The translations under genes and the position numbers were made by a program. 64,000 nt of DNA from Candidatus Omnitrophota bacterium (GTDB lineage Bacteria; Omnitrophota; Gorgyraeia; Ghiorseimicrobiales; Ghiorseimicrobiaceae): NCBI GenBank assembly GCA_030681595.1, contig JAUXSB010000061.1:5392-69391 (forward strand). The letters are read 5' to 3'. Positions 1-9,507 of this stretch are shown one piece after another. Below the pieces are notes generated by a model. It searched no databases. It saw nothing but the letters and a program-made list of their open reading frames with translations, and was not told the origin of the DNA. Within the stretch, counting starts at the first letter, position 1, and every line of letters begins with the position of its first letter.

Positions 1-1898
1 TCTTCCTCACAAAGGATTGAGCATCCTTCCCCCTGCACCTGCACTGTGAACTGATTCTCTCCAATACGAATTATCTTTCGCTGAGATTCTTCCTGCTGTT
101 TTTGAGTTTTAACAGAAATATCAATTCCCTCAATAGACTCATCAACCTTAGAAGGCTTTGCCTTGCTGATAAATTCTTCACCGAAAAGCCTTGTGGCATT
201 AGTGTAGTCATATACCCTGAACATTGATTTTGAGCCTCTTGGCTCTCCTGTTCTTGTTCCTCTTCCAACCATCTGATAAAAACTTATGGGTGATTCTATG
301 TATCTGAAGAATACAACGTTATCGAGGTTAGGTATATCCACTCCTGTTGAAAGCAAATCAACAGTAGCAGCAATAAAATGGGAATTCTTTGAACCTCTGA
401 AATCAGGAATTAGCTTATCTGCCGAAGGCCTTAAATCAGGATTGCCTGTGCATTGAAAAGCATACATTTCTTTTGGTGAACGCTTATTATCCCTGCACCA
501 CTTCTCATAAACATTATTCAAGGCTATCATAACCTGATTGGCATGAGAATCCCTTGCGCAGAAAATTATTGTTTTCTGATGAGGGCCGCCTGTATCAAGA
601 AAATGCTGGAATAAATCCTCTGACATTGCCTTTACCCTGTCATCAAGCATCAGCTTCATCTCATAGTCTTTTGCAGTATATTTATCTTCAATATCATTCG
701 GATTAATCTTCTTGCCTGTAAATGGATCCGTTGCTGAACGTTTTTCAATATCTTCTTTGGTAATCTCTTTTTTGTCCAAGTCAACTAATCTTCTAACAAC
801 TTCGCAGGCAGCAAGATAACCGTCATCCTGGCCTGAGCCCATCGAGTATTCATAAACAGGCTTTCCAAAATAATCAAGATTATGTGAGGTAACCTCTTCG
901 TCTGCTTTTCTTCCCGGGGAATCTTTCTTCCCACCAACAACAATTCTTGGAGTAGCTGTTAACCCAACATGCACTGCATCGGGATTATCTCTCAGGATTA
1001 CACTCCATTTGCCCCATGCGCTTCTATGACACTCGTCTATGATGATATGGCTGAAGAAATTCTTAGGGTAATTTTCTTTCCAGAATTTTGGCTCATCGAA
1101 TTCCTCAGTAGTATTAAGGGTTTGATAAGTCGCAACGAGAACCTTGGCATTCCTTTGAGGGTCTTGGGTTGTAACTATCTGGGCATTATCGCCAAAGATG
1201 GCATGAAGCTTAGCTATACCCTGTGTCCTTAACTCATCCCTGTCACATACAAACAAAGCTCTCTTTAATTTCCCTGCCTGAGCAAGCTTATAGAGCAATT
1301 GCACTGCGATTATTGTCTTGCCTGTGCCCGTTGCAAGAGAAAGCAAAACTCTTTTATCACCTCCGGCTAATTTTTCCAAAGTAGCCCTGATAGCTGCATC
1401 CTGAAAATAATACCTTGCTGCTTCTCCACCCTTATATGGCATTAGCAATGGCTTCGCTGCTTCAGACTCGAGCTGGATATTCTTTATTTTTTCATATCTC
1501 TGCTTCAAATCATTTGGGGCGGGAAAGATGTTTAATCCCAAAGAATCCTTAATCTGCCCTGTATCTTCTGCATACTCACAATAGAGATTACCATTGGTTG
1601 AAAAAACAAAGGGAACATGAAACTTCTTCATATAGTCCCTGGCCTGTTGAATACCCAAAGAAGGCAATTTATCCTCCGCCTTCGCTTCAAGCAGAGCAAC
1701 CGGCAGGATTGATTTGCCCTCAACAAGTGGAATACAAAGGAGATAATCAGTCCTGCCTTTTCTCTTGCGAGGCCTGCCATCAATAATATCAACTCCACCG
1801 GGAGTTCTTTCTTCCCGAATTAGCGCTTCAACCCATCCTCTTTCATGCAAGGCTGGATTTATGAGCTCAATTCTTGTCTGTTTTTCATCTCTTGCCAT
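1..1898 (-). CDS. hsdR: Type I restriction enzyme R-subunit-like nuclease-helicase (HSDR_N PD-(D/E)xK domain + SF2 helicase); C-terminus runs off the left window edge
   Basis: Uninterrupted minus-strand frame from ATG at 1898 (AGGA RBS 5 nt upstream on minus strand) to position 1. It is absent from the ORF track only because it is edge-truncated. The N-terminus MARDEKQTRIELINPALHERGW carries the classic HsdR N-terminal motif, followed by D..EAK. SF2 motifs are present: ATGTGKT (I), IIIDECHRS (II), LTATP (III), QMVGRGTR (VI). The track ORF 71..268 is out of frame inside it. Confidence 0.6.
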   Translation of the reverse strand, partial: MARDEKQTRIELINPALHERGWVEALIREERTPGGVDIIDGRPRKRKGRTDYLLCIPLVEGKSILPVALLEAKAEDKLPSLGIQQARDYMKKFHVPFVFSTNGNLYCEYAEDTGQIKDSLGLNIFPAPNDLKQRYEKIKNIQLESEAAKPLLMPYKGGEAARYYFQDAAIRATLEKLAGGDKRVLLSLATGTGKTIIAVQLLYKLAQAGKLKRALFVCDRDELRTQGIAKLHAIFGDNAQIVTTQDPQRNAKVLVATYQTLNTTEEFDEPKFWKENYPKNFFSHIIIDECHRSAWGKWSVILRDNPDAVHVGLTATPRIVVGGKKDSPGRKADEEVTSHNLDYFGKPVYEYSMGSGQDDGYLAACEVVRRLVDLDKKEITKEDIEKRSATDPFTGKKINPNDIEDKYTAKDYEMKLMLDDRVKAMSEDLFQHFLDTGGPHQKTIIFCARDSHANQVMIALNNVYEKWCRDNKRSPKEMYAFQCTGNPDLRPSADKLIPDFRGSKNSHFIAATVDLLSTGVDIPNLDNVVFFRYIESPISFYQMVGRGTRTGEPRGSKSMFRVYDYTNATRLFGEEFISKAKPSKVDESIEGIDISVKTQKQQEESQRKIIRIGENQFTVQVQGEGCSILCEE

Positions 1899-1968
1899 GT
1901 TAGGAATCCTTATTTAGCTAAGAATTAGAGGACTTAATAATTTTTCTATATCTTTTCCAGCGGTTCGC

Positions 1969-3000
1969 TTAGAAAGAATCTTTTATCTCAAAATTTACTT
2001 TATAAAACTTCAATTTTATTAGACCATTAAGGGGTTCGACTGCATAAGACAAGCGCTCATCTGGCTCATTCACAATTATTATTCCTCTTACCTTTGTATT
2101 GAAATTCCTCTTAACCCATCCTACATATCTTAAGGTCTGACCGACAACCTTATCATTTTCTCTGCCTTTCTTTAACTCTACCACAACATGATTGCCTTGT
2201 TTATCTTTACACAACAAATCTATCTTTCCAACTTCTCTCGTATCATACTCTTTTCCAACCAAAGAAAATCCCTTTTCTAAAATAAAGATGTTCTCAGTAA
2301 GATAATCTCTTAAATCATTCTCGATTGATATTGAACCATAAGATTTCATGGCTTCTTCTGGACCTTCTTCTCCCTGAGCAAAAGCAAACCACAACAGATT
2401 ATTTACTAAATTATACTTCTCTAAGCCTAAAAGTTCTTTTATGGCTTGAAAAATAACACAATCTCTTAAATAATCTAATGTCCTTTCTAGTAATTCCTCT
2501 TTATCAGTAATATTAAAAATTTGTGTTGCATCTTTTAACGCGGCTTGATCCTGTTCAGAATTGATTTGGATTGCCTCTTTAGTCTGAGAGGTAACAAAGG
2601 GATATTTGCTGGGATCAGAAGAAACCAGAAATTGCGAGAGCGTCTGAATTCCGATTCCTTTGAGTCTAAAGAAATTATTTACTCTGCTTGGGAATGAATC
2701 AGTTCCATGAATTAAGTTTCTTAGTTCTTTGTTGAATTCTTCTATAGAGTTATTTTTATAAAGGAGATTTGTCAGATTTCTGTTTGCAGAGAAATGCTTC
2801 ATATAACCGAATAAGTCATCCAGCTTTTCAGGCGTTAAATCCTTTCCTTGCTTAAAATCCTCGCTATTCAAAATTGCTCTAGTCTGGATTTCCGCCTTCG
2901 CCTCTTCTTCATACCAATTTTTCGCTTCTTCTGAAGATAAGCTATTTTTCCACAATCTCAAATTCTCAATTTGTTCAGGGGTAAATTTAAATTCAGCCAT
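1969..3000 (-). CDS. NucS/DUF4263-like PD-(D/E)xK nuclease-domain protein with an unrecognised ~230-aa N-terminal region
   Basis: The C-terminal segment GKIDLLCKDKQGNHVVVELKKGRENDKVVGQTLRYVGWV matches the NucS/EndoMS-type and DUF4263 (Shedu-like) nuclease core (D..ELK..Q..Y). It is co-directional with hsdR-like, 70 nt apart. Confidence 0.5.
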   Translation of the reverse strand: MAEFKFTPEQIENLRLWKNSLSSEEAKNWYEEEAKAEIQTRAILNSEDFKQGKDLTPEKLDDLFGYMKHFSANRNLTNLLYKNNSIEEFNKELRNLIHGTDSFPSRVNNFFRLKGIGIQTLSQFLVSSDPSKYPFVTSQTKEAIQINSEQDQAALKDATQIFNITDKEELLERTLDYLRDCVIFQAIKELLGLEKYNLVNNLLWFAFAQGEEGPEEAMKSYGSISIENDLRDYLTENIFILEKGFSLVGKEYDTREVGKIDLLCKDKQGNHVVVELKKGRENDKVVGQTLRYVGWVKRNFNTKVRGIIIVNEPDERLSYAVEPLNGLIKLKFYKVNFEIKDSF

Positions 3001-3045
3001 GTTTTTTCCTCTTTTGTTTATGTGCAGATTGCCTTAATAATTTTT

Positions 3046-3186
3046 CTACTTGCCTAATATCCTCATCATAACAGTTCCGCAATCAGGGCATTTGCCTTTC
3101 ATTGCTTTCCTGCCATTTTTCAGGGTTACCTGTTCTTCATCCTTCATTTCTTTCTTTAATTTACATTTCAAACAGTATGCTTGCAT
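3046..3186 (-). CDS. Small zinc-ribbon protein (DUF5679-like), 46 aa, below the ORF-track size cut-off
   Basis: Minus-strand ORF MQAYCLKCKLKKEMKDEEQVTLKNGRKAMKGKCPDCGTVMMRILGK, with an AGGAG RBS 7 nt upstream of the ATG. It has two CxxC pairs. It lies between the NucS-like and Mrr-like genes on the same strand. Confidence 0.5.
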   Translation of the reverse strand: MQAYCLKCKLKKEMKDEEQVTLKNGRKAMKGKCPDCGTVMMRILGK

Positions 3187-3229
3187 TTTTTACTCCTTGC
3201 TAAGATTTAATAAAAATATTTACCTTATA

Positions 3230-4099
3230 TTATCTTTTTCCAAAGAATTTCATAAATAATCTTTCATTAAATATTTGTTTTCCATTCTTTTGAGAAAACC
3301 ATTCCCTAGTGTCTGAAGATTTGATTAAATCTTCAACGATTTGCTCACCAGTTTTTAAAATTATCCATTCTTGTTCAGCATAATTAACAGCGCGGCGAGT
3401 ATAACCAGAGGTCGTCATAAATATACATAAAATAGGACTCTTTACAGAAACAAACCAACTAGGCAACTTCTCAACTAAATTTTGATCGCCACGTTGCACG
3501 CTCAAATAATAGGTATGAAATGATCTTATTAAGATAGGAGAAATTTTACTTGAAAAATGTTTAACTTGACCAATAACCCTTATTTTAAAGTTGTCAGGTA
3601 AAATCCTAGTAGTAAGATACTTCCCAATATCAAAAAGTCCACAAAAATCAATACCTTCCTGATTTTTGGCTGTAAGCTGTATAGGATAGATACCACTTTG
3701 TTCTAATATATACTTACATAAAAACTCAAATTTTTGCCAAGATATTTTGTTGATCGCTTGGATTAATTCTTTTTTTTGTTTTCTTAACTCAGAAATCCGC
3801 AGATCTTCTTTGTGCTTTATGCTATAACTAATAAGCAAGTATTCGGGAAATTCATTAAACTCATAAGCAGGAGAAATCCCCTCTTTTTTACAGTCCTCTA
3901 TCCATTTACATATATAAAATTTGGTTTTTTTAAGAAGGACCTGATTTTCATCTATAAGTTGGAACTCACTTAGATTTGGAAAATGTTTTTTTAATTTATC
4001 ATAACTGTACTTTTCTAAGTCTATCTTATCGAACTTTGAATCTTTAATTTCCTTAAGAATTATCTTAGCGATTTTTGTTATCTCAGAATTAGAAAGCAT
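3230..4099 (-). CDS. Mrr-like (type IV restriction endonuclease catalytic domain) protein
   Basis: The C-terminal half WQKFEFLCKYILEQSGI..QEGIDFCGLFD..RVIGQVKHF fits the Mrr_cat pattern (GxDGGIDG ... QCKRY). Its start abuts the stop of the upstream ParB-like gene (4099/4102). Confidence 0.5.
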   Translation of the reverse strand: MLSNSEITKIAKIILKEIKDSKFDKIDLEKYSYDKLKKHFPNLSEFQLIDENQVLLKKTKFYICKWIEDCKKEGISPAYEFNEFPEYLLISYSIKHKEDLRISELRKQKKELIQAINKISWQKFEFLCKYILEQSGIYPIQLTAKNQEGIDFCGLFDIGKYLTTRILPDNFKIRVIGQVKHFSSKISPILIRSFHTYYLSVQRGDQNLVEKLPSWFVSVKSPILCIFMTTSGYTRRAVNYAEQEWIILKTGEQIVEDLIKSSDTREWFSQKNGKQIFNERLFMKFFGKR

Positions 4100-4101
4100 T
4101 T

Positions 4102-5250
4102 TTATTTAATATTTTTTAGTTGAACATTAAGAATTGTTATTAAATTTTCTATTAGTTTGATTATTTCTTCTTTCTGCTTTTTTCCCAGTTGAGTGTTTGC
4201 CAGTTTAATCTGTGGTATAGGTAAGGTGTTTATAACTTTTCCAGTCGACTTTAGGTATTCAATTAACTCAACAATATCTATTGGTTCTTTTCTTTCCTTC
4301 TCTCTAAAAATCTTTTCATGAAATTGCTCGATATCAAAATCTTCTTTTTCGATTTCTTTTTCAAAATCATCTAAAAGTTTCTTATTTTCTTGTATAACAA
4401 GATCGGCCAACAAATCACGAGTATTTTTAGAAACGGTTAATTTCGGTTCTTTTCCTTCTATAGTTGTTGTCCACGAAAGAAACTTTTTAAGATTTTTTTC
4501 ATTCTTGAATTTTCTCTTCTTATCATTCCATCCTAGCCATATCTGTAAGGTGGGTTTTTTAAAGATAATCTCATCGAAAAGCCCGAATTTTTCAGGATCT
4601 AATCTATCACCATAGTCCTCATCACTTCTCGATTGTTCGAATGCATAAAAAGAACGAAGAGATAGAGTAACCTCTGATCGTCCCATTCCACTGAATATAG
4701 CAGCAATCTCACGAACATCTTTTTTACTCTCTTTTTCAAAGTCCGCAAGGAATCTTGCGGTAGGGTATTTCTCCCAAGACTTAATACCTGGAGTGTGTCT
4801 AAAGCCTTGTATAATCCAAGCTATTTCTGGATTCTTTCCGTGGTAAACCAAAGCTTCTATTTTAATAATTCCATCGTATATATCTTTTGGGATATTAATT
4901 CTACCTTTTGTATGTGCTGATTGTAATGTTCTGAGTGCCGCGACTCTTCTATTGCCTTCTACAACGACAAATTGGTCAGTTCCAAAAGGCCTTAAAACTA
5001 TTCTGTCAACAACCCAAAAACCAGAAGTTTTCATGCTTTCCATTAAATCATTAATTCCCTGTTTTTGTAATTGTTGCAAACAATCCTGCTGTATAGCCAG
5101 CTCGGATATCCTAACATCTGGAATCTTTTCTTTTCCTGGCTTGTCAATTCTTGGATTATTGGGATCAAGAAAAATCTGGTCTAGTTTCACTTTTTGGGAG
5201 CCCATATTAGACATTTCAGCCCAAGCTTCTAGTTTTTTATACTTTGGCAT
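4102..5250 (-). CDS. ParB/Srx N-terminal nuclease-like domain protein with a coiled-coil C-terminus
   Basis: IVLRPFGTDQFVVVEGNRRVAALRTL resembles the ParB N-terminal (ParBc) arginine-finger motif GxRRxxA. The C-terminal 150 aa are Lys/Glu-rich. It sits in an operon with the neighbouring nuclease genes. Confidence 0.5.
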   Translation of the reverse strand: MPKYKKLEAWAEMSNMGSQKVKLDQIFLDPNNPRIDKPGKEKIPDVRISELAIQQDCLQQLQKQGINDLMESMKTSGFWVVDRIVLRPFGTDQFVVVEGNRRVAALRTLQSAHTKGRINIPKDIYDGIIKIEALVYHGKNPEIAWIIQGFRHTPGIKSWEKYPTARFLADFEKESKKDVREIAAIFSGMGRSEVTLSLRSFYAFEQSRSDEDYGDRLDPEKFGLFDEIIFKKPTLQIWLGWNDKKRKFKNEKNLKKFLSWTTTIEGKEPKLTVSKNTRDLLADLVIQENKKLLDDFEKEIEKEDFDIEQFHEKIFREKERKEPIDIVELIEYLKSTGKVINTLPIPQIKLANTQLGKKQKEEIIKLIENLITILNVQLKNIK

Positions 5251-5299
5251 GTTCTTCCTCCTTAGAAATTAGCGTTCTACCAACAAAATGAAAATCTCT

Positions 5300-6469
5300 T
5301 TATAAACTTGCTGTTGACTTCTTATTATTTAATTTTTTGTCATATTTATAAACTTTATGCATTCCCCTTTTAAATTCATCGGCATTTTTTCCAAACATTT
5401 TAAGAAAGACTTTTCTATTTTTCCTGATTACACCTCTTGAATAATAAAATGTTGTAATTAATTTAATACCTCGCAATAATATGCTATTCCATTGGGGAGA
5501 GATAATATGTTTTTGGATACTATTTATAGGGCGATATCTCATAGGGAAAATATCAACTCCAAGTTTATTTAATTCATTAATTCGATGATAAAAGAATTCT
5601 GGAGTGTCATATGCCTCTTCTGAATTAAAAATAACATAAACCATTATATCTTTCCCACTATATTTTTTTGCAAGTTTTATCGCATTTTGAATATATCCCT
5701 CTTGTGATGGATTATCAAAAGCAAATCTTAATGGGTCAATTTTCGTTTGGGAAAGAATTTTAGCCTTTTCTTCATCAAAAAGTCTACAATCTATACCTTG
5801 ATTAAAATCAAATGGTTTTCCTATCTTCTTTAATTTTTCAATATCTTTATAAAAATTTGGAGAAGCCAACCAATTATTATCCCAAAAAATAATTTTTTTA
5901 GAATTTGGATTTATATCTTTTTCCCAATTTTTTCTCACAAAGAATTTTGGTTCAAGTAATCGAACAACACAAAATTTACATTTTCTTATACACCCCCTTG
6001 TTGTATATGTTATTGAAAAGGGGAAAGATGGTAGAAAAGAGTAATCAGGACTACATCCTTCAACTTTATCAAAAAGACCAACATGTGGAATTATCCCCGT
6101 TTCTCTTTTTATTAAGTCTGGTAAAAGTGTTGCTAATATACCCCCTACTTTAACTTCAGCATTTGGATATCTACTTTGATAATCTTTTATAGATTTTATT
6201 GCTGCTTGAAAATGATAAGTAAATAGAGTTGTTATATAAATTATATCATATTGCTCTTTAAGTTTTGGTGGTTGATAACCAAAATAATCTTGAGGTGCAT
6301 TATCTTTTATATAATCAACTTCATCTCCTTTATTTTTATGCCAGGTTGAAATTTTCATTAATGCCAATGAAGGATATGGATTCTCATAACCGGGTTCAAC
6401 AAGCAATATTTGTTTATTCATAATTAATCTATAGACCCCATAATATTTAAAGATTCCGCTTTTAACCAA
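5300..6469 (-). CDS. Class B (B12-binding domain) radical SAM protein
   Basis: The N-terminal KQILLVEPGYENPYPSLALMKI is typical of a B12-binding Rossmann domain, followed by TTRGCIRKCKFCVV (CxxxCxxC). The likely true start is the internal Met at about 6421 (MNKQILL). Confidence 0.6.
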   Translation of the reverse strand: MVKSGIFKYYGVYRLIMNKQILLVEPGYENPYPSLALMKISTWHKNKGDEVDYIKDNAPQDYFGYQPPKLKEQYDIIYITTLFTYHFQAAIKSIKDYQSRYPNAEVKVGGILATLLPDLIKRETGIIPHVGLFDKVEGCSPDYSFLPSFPFSITYTTRGCIRKCKFCVVRLLEPKFFVRKNWEKDINPNSKKIIFWDNNWLASPNFYKDIEKLKKIGKPFDFNQGIDCRLFDEEKAKILSQTKIDPLRFAFDNPSQEGYIQNAIKLAKKYSGKDIMVYVIFNSEEAYDTPEFFYHRINELNKLGVDIFPMRYRPINSIQKHIISPQWNSILLRGIKLITTFYYSRGVIRKNRKVFLKMFGKNADEFKRGMHKVYKYDKKLNNKKSTASL

Positions 6470-6623
6470 GGAGATTTTTTAGTTAGTTTGGACTTTTTAT
6501 ACAAGAGCTATTTTATACACAAAGCCTATATTTCCCTCTTCTCCAATACAACCTTTTGAGTTTTATTAAATTTTCTATCTATTTGTCCTCGCCCTGACAA
6601 ACTCCTCCAAATCCTCTATCTAT

Positions 6624-7931
6624 CTACAACTTCTTGCCTCTCCTATCTTCCGTAAGCACGCTTATCCTTACAACCCTGCTGTCCTTGAAATATACAAAAA
6701 TTCCCGCTTCCGGAAGCTTATACCACCAGTATTCTAAAATTTTCTTATTTCCCCCGCTAGGTTTTTTAACTGCCGGCTCGCCTAAAACTTCAGCCACTTC
6801 TTCCTTGCCTTTGCCTTTTAGCTTTTGGCTTAACGCTTCTTCATTATAGATTAAGCCTTGATCTAACTCACTTTTCTCTAAATAAATGTTGCTTCGAAAA
6901 TTATCTGTATCCCTATCAGGCCAGAGCAAAACCATTACAGGCAGATGATCAGAAGCATATTTTCCGTAAAGCCATATCTGCCTATTATCGCCCTTTAATA
7001 TCCTTGGAATTTTAATGTCTTGCTGAAAGCTTAAGTCTTCTTTCCATGCCTGATGAACTTGTGCTGACTCCGGAATAATATCTTCACCGCTATACTCTAC
7101 CTGATACCATATTGTATCATACTGGCTATTGGATAACCTACCTTTTGGCTTATTAAGAGTTGTTACATCACTTGAGGTCAATAGATGTTTCATGCCCAGC
7201 AGACCCTTTAAATCATCCCATTCCTTCTTATCAACATTTGTATTAAAATCACCCATAAGGAAAATATCATTCTGATTTGGATCTAAATCCTGAACAGTCT
7301 TATAAACGATGGCAAGCCTCTTTATTTCATCTTTCCGCCATTTTGCAGCAGGAGCAGCCGCATGAATTGTAATAAGCGTAAAATCCAAATTTCCATTTCT
7401 TACCTTGAATGAAGCAATAAATGGCTCTCTGTCAAACTGCCTTTCCTGATCTTTTAAATCTTGCATGGAATTTTTGACCTCATCCCATAAATTGGCTGAA
7501 TCTGTAATCAAATCAATCTTTGACTTCCTGAAGATAAAAGCGTAATACTCAAAGGTATTGAGTGCCTTGCTTTTCTCTGCGTTTGCTGTTCCATTTGGTT
7601 CTCGGCTTATAACATAATCCCAATCATCGCCAAGATAAAAAACTATTTTCTTTAATGCCTCTATGCCGACATTCCCAAGAGGATCAGTCTTACTCGCGCC
7701 TGTATTCATCACCTCTTGAATCGCCACGATGTCATAATTCTTAAGAATCTCCGCGGCATTTTTTGATTGGTATTCATTGGCTTTGCCCAATTTTTCTATG
7801 TTGAATGTGCCCAAGCGGATTTGATTGGCATGAGAGGGCTCTACAATACCGGCAAAGGCATACTGAACGTAGAATATAAAGGTTAAAACTAGTAAAAATA
7901 CTATATTATTAAGTTTTCTTTTGGCTGTCAT
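6624..7931 (-). CDS. Secreted endonuclease/exonuclease/phosphatase (EEP, DNase I-like) family protein
   Basis: An N-terminal signal peptide is followed by RLGTFNIEKLG...YDIVAIQEV, the EEP hallmark. It overlaps the upstream gene by 23 nt, indicating translational coupling. Confidence 0.6.
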   Translation of the reverse strand: MTAKRKLNNIVFLLVLTFIFYVQYAFAGIVEPSHANQIRLGTFNIEKLGKANEYQSKNAAEILKNYDIVAIQEVMNTGASKTDPLGNVGIEALKKIVFYLGDDWDYVISREPNGTANAEKSKALNTFEYYAFIFRKSKIDLITDSANLWDEVKNSMQDLKDQERQFDREPFIASFKVRNGNLDFTLITIHAAAPAAKWRKDEIKRLAIVYKTVQDLDPNQNDIFLMGDFNTNVDKKEWDDLKGLLGMKHLLTSSDVTTLNKPKGRLSNSQYDTIWYQVEYSGEDIIPESAQVHQAWKEDLSFQQDIKIPRILKGDNRQIWLYGKYASDHLPVMVLLWPDRDTDNFRSNIYLEKSELDQGLIYNEEALSQKLKGKGKEEVAEVLGEPAVKKPSGGNKKILEYWWYKLPEAGIFVYFKDSRVVRISVLTEDRRGKKL

Positions 7932-8733
7932 CTTCTTTCTTTTTTATGGTTAGGGGTATGCTTTTAAATAATCCGATAAAGAACAATATAATCCCCCCTA
8001 CTCCCGCCACGAATAAAATAAAAAGAGCAATTAACAATATCGCGACTACCAGGAGAATTAAAAAGAATAACATTGCAGTAACAAAGTATAAAAACTGAAA
8101 GAAAGCTACCTTAATAGAATGAATAAACCTATTTTCTTTGTAAGGCAATTCAACTGTTGTTACTGTATCAAATAAAAGCTTATTGTTAAAATCTACCGGC
8201 ATAACTTTATATGGCTCTCTTTCAAAGCAATACACTCCGGCTACAAGCAAGCCCGTGCATACCAACTCAGAACAAAAGTAAGCATCTCTCAAATTAAAAC
8301 ACCTGCCGAGAAAAGCATCGCCCCAGATGAAATGAATTTGTGGAGGGGTAAGATTATAGAACAAAAAATATAAAAGCGCCCTGAAATCATATCCCTTACT
8401 AACTGAATTCTTGCAGAAGTCTATGGTTTTTTGAAGGATTAATTGAGATGCATTCTTATGCCGTAATATAAGCAACTCAAAATCACCCTTAAGATAAGAT
8501 TCTTTAAAATCTCTTTTTACTATGCCACCGGGGAAAGCCTCGACAACTTGGCCATCGCCAATATAAAGAGCAGCATGCGTCCAATGCCTTTCCTTATAAC
8601 CTCTCTTAAAAAAATTGGCTAACTTTATTGGCAATGATCCCCATCTAATCCCTCTGCCATTAGTAAGAATAATATCGCCTGGAATTAATTTACTAATGAC
8701 TAGATTATTCACTGCAACCTCCTGATTAAACAA
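7909..8733 (-). CDS. YiiX/DUF830-like permuted papain-fold (NlpC/P60 superfamily) hydrolase with a C-terminal TM helix
   Basis: HWTHAALYIGDGQVVEA and a downstream CSELV Cys motif; the C-terminus has a hydrophobic helix. Confidence 0.45.
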   Translation of the reverse strand: MFNQEVAVNNLVISKLIPGDIILTNGRGIRWGSLPIKLANFFKRGYKERHWTHAALYIGDGQVVEAFPGGIVKRDFKESYLKGDFELLILRHKNASQLILQKTIDFCKNSVSKGYDFRALLYFLFYNLTPPQIHFIWGDAFLGRCFNLRDAYFCSELVCTGLLVAGVYCFEREPYKVMPVDFNNKLLFDTVTTVELPYKENRFIHSIKVAFFQFLYFVTAMLFFLILLVVAILLIALFILFVAGVGGIILFFIGLFKSIPLTIKKKEDDSQKKT

Positions 8734-8851
8734 AAAACCCTCGCCTTGTGAGCGAAGGTTTTAATTATTTTAACGTGGCAGTTCCCCCTTCGAAACGTAC
8801 CATAACTGGATTATTAACTCGCTTATACATCCAAAAGAGGAAATATCATAA

Positions 8852-9502
8852 CTAAAACAGCCATTTATTTTCTCGCTCATCAAAATAATAAACTACTTGT
8901 TTTTCATTATAACGCAGTTCAGAATAACTCTCTATTTTGTGCTCTTTATTATTAATATCCTGCCATGTAACTGTTAACCATAACTTAAAAGGGTTTTCTC
9001 TGCTTTTAGCAATTGCTTCAATACCATTAGGAATATCTGGAGACCATTTAACAATCGCAGTTTCGGGATAGAACATATTAAAAATTAAACCGCGTTGCTT
9101 AGCTATTACATCCCATGCTTGAGAATCTACGTGTCTTCCAGCACCATCATCTATTTCGAATTTAACATGGATATTCTTCGATAATTTCTTATTTTTTATT
9201 TTGACCAAAGCAACTATCAATGCTTTTCTTTGTCCTTCTACTTGCGGAGGATTAGGTATATAGGGCACAAAAGCGAGAGGTTTAATAGAGAGAATGGAAG
9301 TTTTGTCTGAGAGAACTTTCAGTATATTATTATACTTCTCTCCAACTTTCAAATACGATTTATTTTTGACAAAGTTATATAAGTCTGTAACAAGTAAAGT
9401 AAAAATAGTTAAACCAGCCAAAGATAATAAAAAAATAAATCTTTTTTTGAATCTCTTTTTTCTCGTAAGACTCTCTTTGGCCTTGGATGGGGCTTTAGAC
9501 AT
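8852..9502 (-). CDS. Hypothetical membrane-anchored protein
   Basis: A complete ORF with one N-terminal TM segment, in the same operon orientation as the neighbours; no recognisable motif. Confidence 0.35.
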   Translation of the reverse strand: MSKAPSKAKESLTRKKRFKKRFIFLLSLAGLTIFTLLVTDLYNFVKNKSYLKVGEKYNNILKVLSDKTSILSIKPLAFVPYIPNPPQVEGQRKALIVALVKIKNKKLSKNIHVKFEIDDGAGRHVDSQAWDVIAKQRGLIFNMFYPETAIVKWSPDIPNGIEAIAKSRENPFKLWLTVTWQDINNKEHKIESYSELRYNEKQVVYYFDERENKWLF

Positions 9503-9507
9503 TTAAG

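Noticed and set aside
71-268. 65-aa minus-strand ORF from the track
   Set aside because: It lies out of frame inside the continuous HsdR-like coding frame, whose SF2 motif VI and downstream residues span it. It is a spurious overlap.
3050-3259. 69-aa plus-strand ORF
   Set aside because: It is hydrophobic low-complexity sequence with no RBS. The opposite strand carries a well-formed zinc-ribbon ORF with an AGGAG RBS.
4952-5272. 106-aa plus-strand ORF
   Set aside because: It is antisense within the ParB-like gene and has no support.
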